The notes under the pieces are model-generated. The model searched no databases. It worked only from the letters and a program-made list of their open reading frames with translations, and was not told where the DNA came from. Below, in pieces: positions 62,465 through 64,000 of a stretch of 64,000 nt of DNA (positions are counted from its first letter, which is position 1; every line of letters begins with the position of its first letter). The DNA comes from Eledone cirrhosa (lineage: Eukaryota): contig OZ024743.1 in the NCBI GenBank assembly GCA_964016885.1, forward strand, positions 166,346,001 to 166,410,000, written 5' to 3'. A program made the translations under genes and the position numbers.

Positions 62465-62603
62465 AGGTGGAGAGTGAGGGCGGGAGGGAGGAAGGTGGAG
62501 AGTGAGGGTGGGAAGGAGGAAGGTGGAGAGTGAGGGCGGGAGGGAGGAAGGTGGAGAGTGAGGGCAGGAGGGAGGGAGGTGGAGAGTGAGGGCGGGAGGG
62601 AGG
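62465..62603. repeat. 28-bp G-rich purine minisatellite, 5 copies
   Basis: AGGTGGAGAGTGAGGGCGGGAGGGAGGA units. Confidence 0.9.
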
Positions 62604-63799
62604 GATATGGGGTAGTTAGCAATGAGGGAGATTATTTAGAACAGCGTGGAGAAGATTAATTTAAGGCAAGGATAGCAACGATTGTAAATATATATGGATG
62701 AATGAACGAGGTTTTAAGGAGACAAGAAGAAAATGTTCTATAATACATTACATTTTCGTAGAATCGACTGACCATTTAATAAGGGTTGACAAATTCTGAA
62801 GTATTGTCCCTTGTAACATTCTTATTTATATTAGGGAGTGAGAGATTGAGAGGGACGTATATGTTAGAGAGAGTGGGAGTAATAGCGATTTTGGTGGGCG
62901 AGAGAGAATCTATTTTTATGAATCCTGGAAAATTTTTAGCAATGAGAGAGATTATTTAGAACCAGCGTATATATATATATATATATATACATATATATAT
63001 ACGTATATATATATATATATATATACATATATATATCGGCTGTGGTAGAGATTATGTAAGTAAATGTAGTATATTTGTGATATTGTAATGCCGCCGAATG
63101 ATACTTTAGTCTCCCTTCAAAACCATGCTCCCTTTACTTCGGCCCGTATCCTCAAATAAATTATTTCTTCCCTTAATGTAACTGTTTTCTCATGCTTAAA
63201 ATAGCTTGATTAATTCTTAACAGTAAAAAAAAACATTATTTACGTGGTATTCCCTCAGTAAATTAATGTTATGCCCTCTGTAATCCCTTAACCTCCTCTC
63301 ACACCTCGACCAGGTGACTGACTTGTTCTGTATTCATTCCTTTCTCATGATAAAAGGAAGTGTCATCTGGCCTTGTGGTATTGAGATTATGACGTGTAAG
63401 GATGTAGAGAAGTAGATGTTATATATTTGCTGGTGTGATCAAGATTAGGTGAGTGGATAAGTAACGCTAAACAATTCTCCTCCTCCCCCGCCTCTACGCC
63501 ATCCCCTTCACGCCTCCCCCAAACCAGACAATACACCCATATACGCCAACACCCCCGCCTTCCACTGTTAAATCGTGAGAAACAGTTCGTATGTTGAACC
63601 CCCCCCGTTTTTTTTGGGGGGGGGGGGTGAATAGACTTGTGAAATCAGAGTTTGATATATATGGAGGGCCTCAGGTTGCGGCTAACTGGTTCACTTAAGC
63701 CAATTTTTGGTTTGCAACACACAGTGCTCACGAGGAATTCAGAAGTATATACCTGGGGTTATGGAATTTATATTAATTATTTCTATCCCTAATTTACAG

Positions 63800-64000
63800 A
63801 TGGCGAAGCGAGGCCCTATGGACATATTTATCAAGCCAAAACATCCGGTTGCTGAACCCGCAAGTAATTTTGAAAAAGATAAAGGCAATGTAAATGAAAC
63901 CGAAGTATTGCAGGGAAAAAGAATTTGTACTAGCTCTACTCGGAAATATGACTCCTCATACATTCAATTCGGTTTTGTAGCCACGAATGATGGAGGAATG
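63800..64000 (+). CDS. N-terminus of a hAT (Charlie/ZBED5-SCAND3-like) transposase, running off the window
   Basis: Manual translation MAKRGPMDIFIKPK...STRKYDSSYIQFGFVAT; RKY...Y...GF precedes the BED finger in this family. Not in the ORF track because there is no stop codon in the window. Confidence 0.72.
   Translation, partial: MAKRGPMDIFIKPKHPVAEPASNFEKDKGNVNETEVLQGKRICTSSTRKYDSSYIQFGFVATNDGGM

Noticed and set aside
51573-64000. TTF2 first exons and promoter
   Set aside because: No segment matching the expected N-terminal zinc-finger start was found; it probably lies beyond the window.

Overview
Eukaryotic, AT- and microsatellite-rich animal genomic DNA. The SINE, RTE-LINE and MITE families suggest a cephalopod (octopus-like) genome; that assignment is an inference. 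The window lies inside one minus-strand gene, a TTF2/Lodestar-like SNF2-family ATPase. Eight phase-consistent exons are visible (51572-51500, 50053-49853, 43284-43155, 22569-22441, 20700-20598, 14243-14104, 11924-11814, 9798-9645); the first and last exons appear to lie outside the window. The introns are almost entirely repeats: an 8.5-kb 32-bp minisatellite with a solo LTR in it, a decayed Gypsy provirus, a 2.1-kb non-autonomous LTR element, one RTE/BovB LINE with an uninterrupted 1021-aa ORF plus many decayed copies of a sister RTE family, Penelope-like remnants, CR1 fragments, Helitron-like elements, TTAA MITEs, Tc1/mariner and hAT remnants, and tRNA-derived SINEs. Most notable: a PHD-type C4HC3 finger at the C-terminal end of the RT domain in both RTE families, a minimal hammerhead ribozyme at a Penelope 3' end, a SINE/LINE partner pair sharing a mobile RNA module, and LTR elements that all end TG...TATA. 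Coordinates were read by eye and may be off by a few bases for decayed elements.
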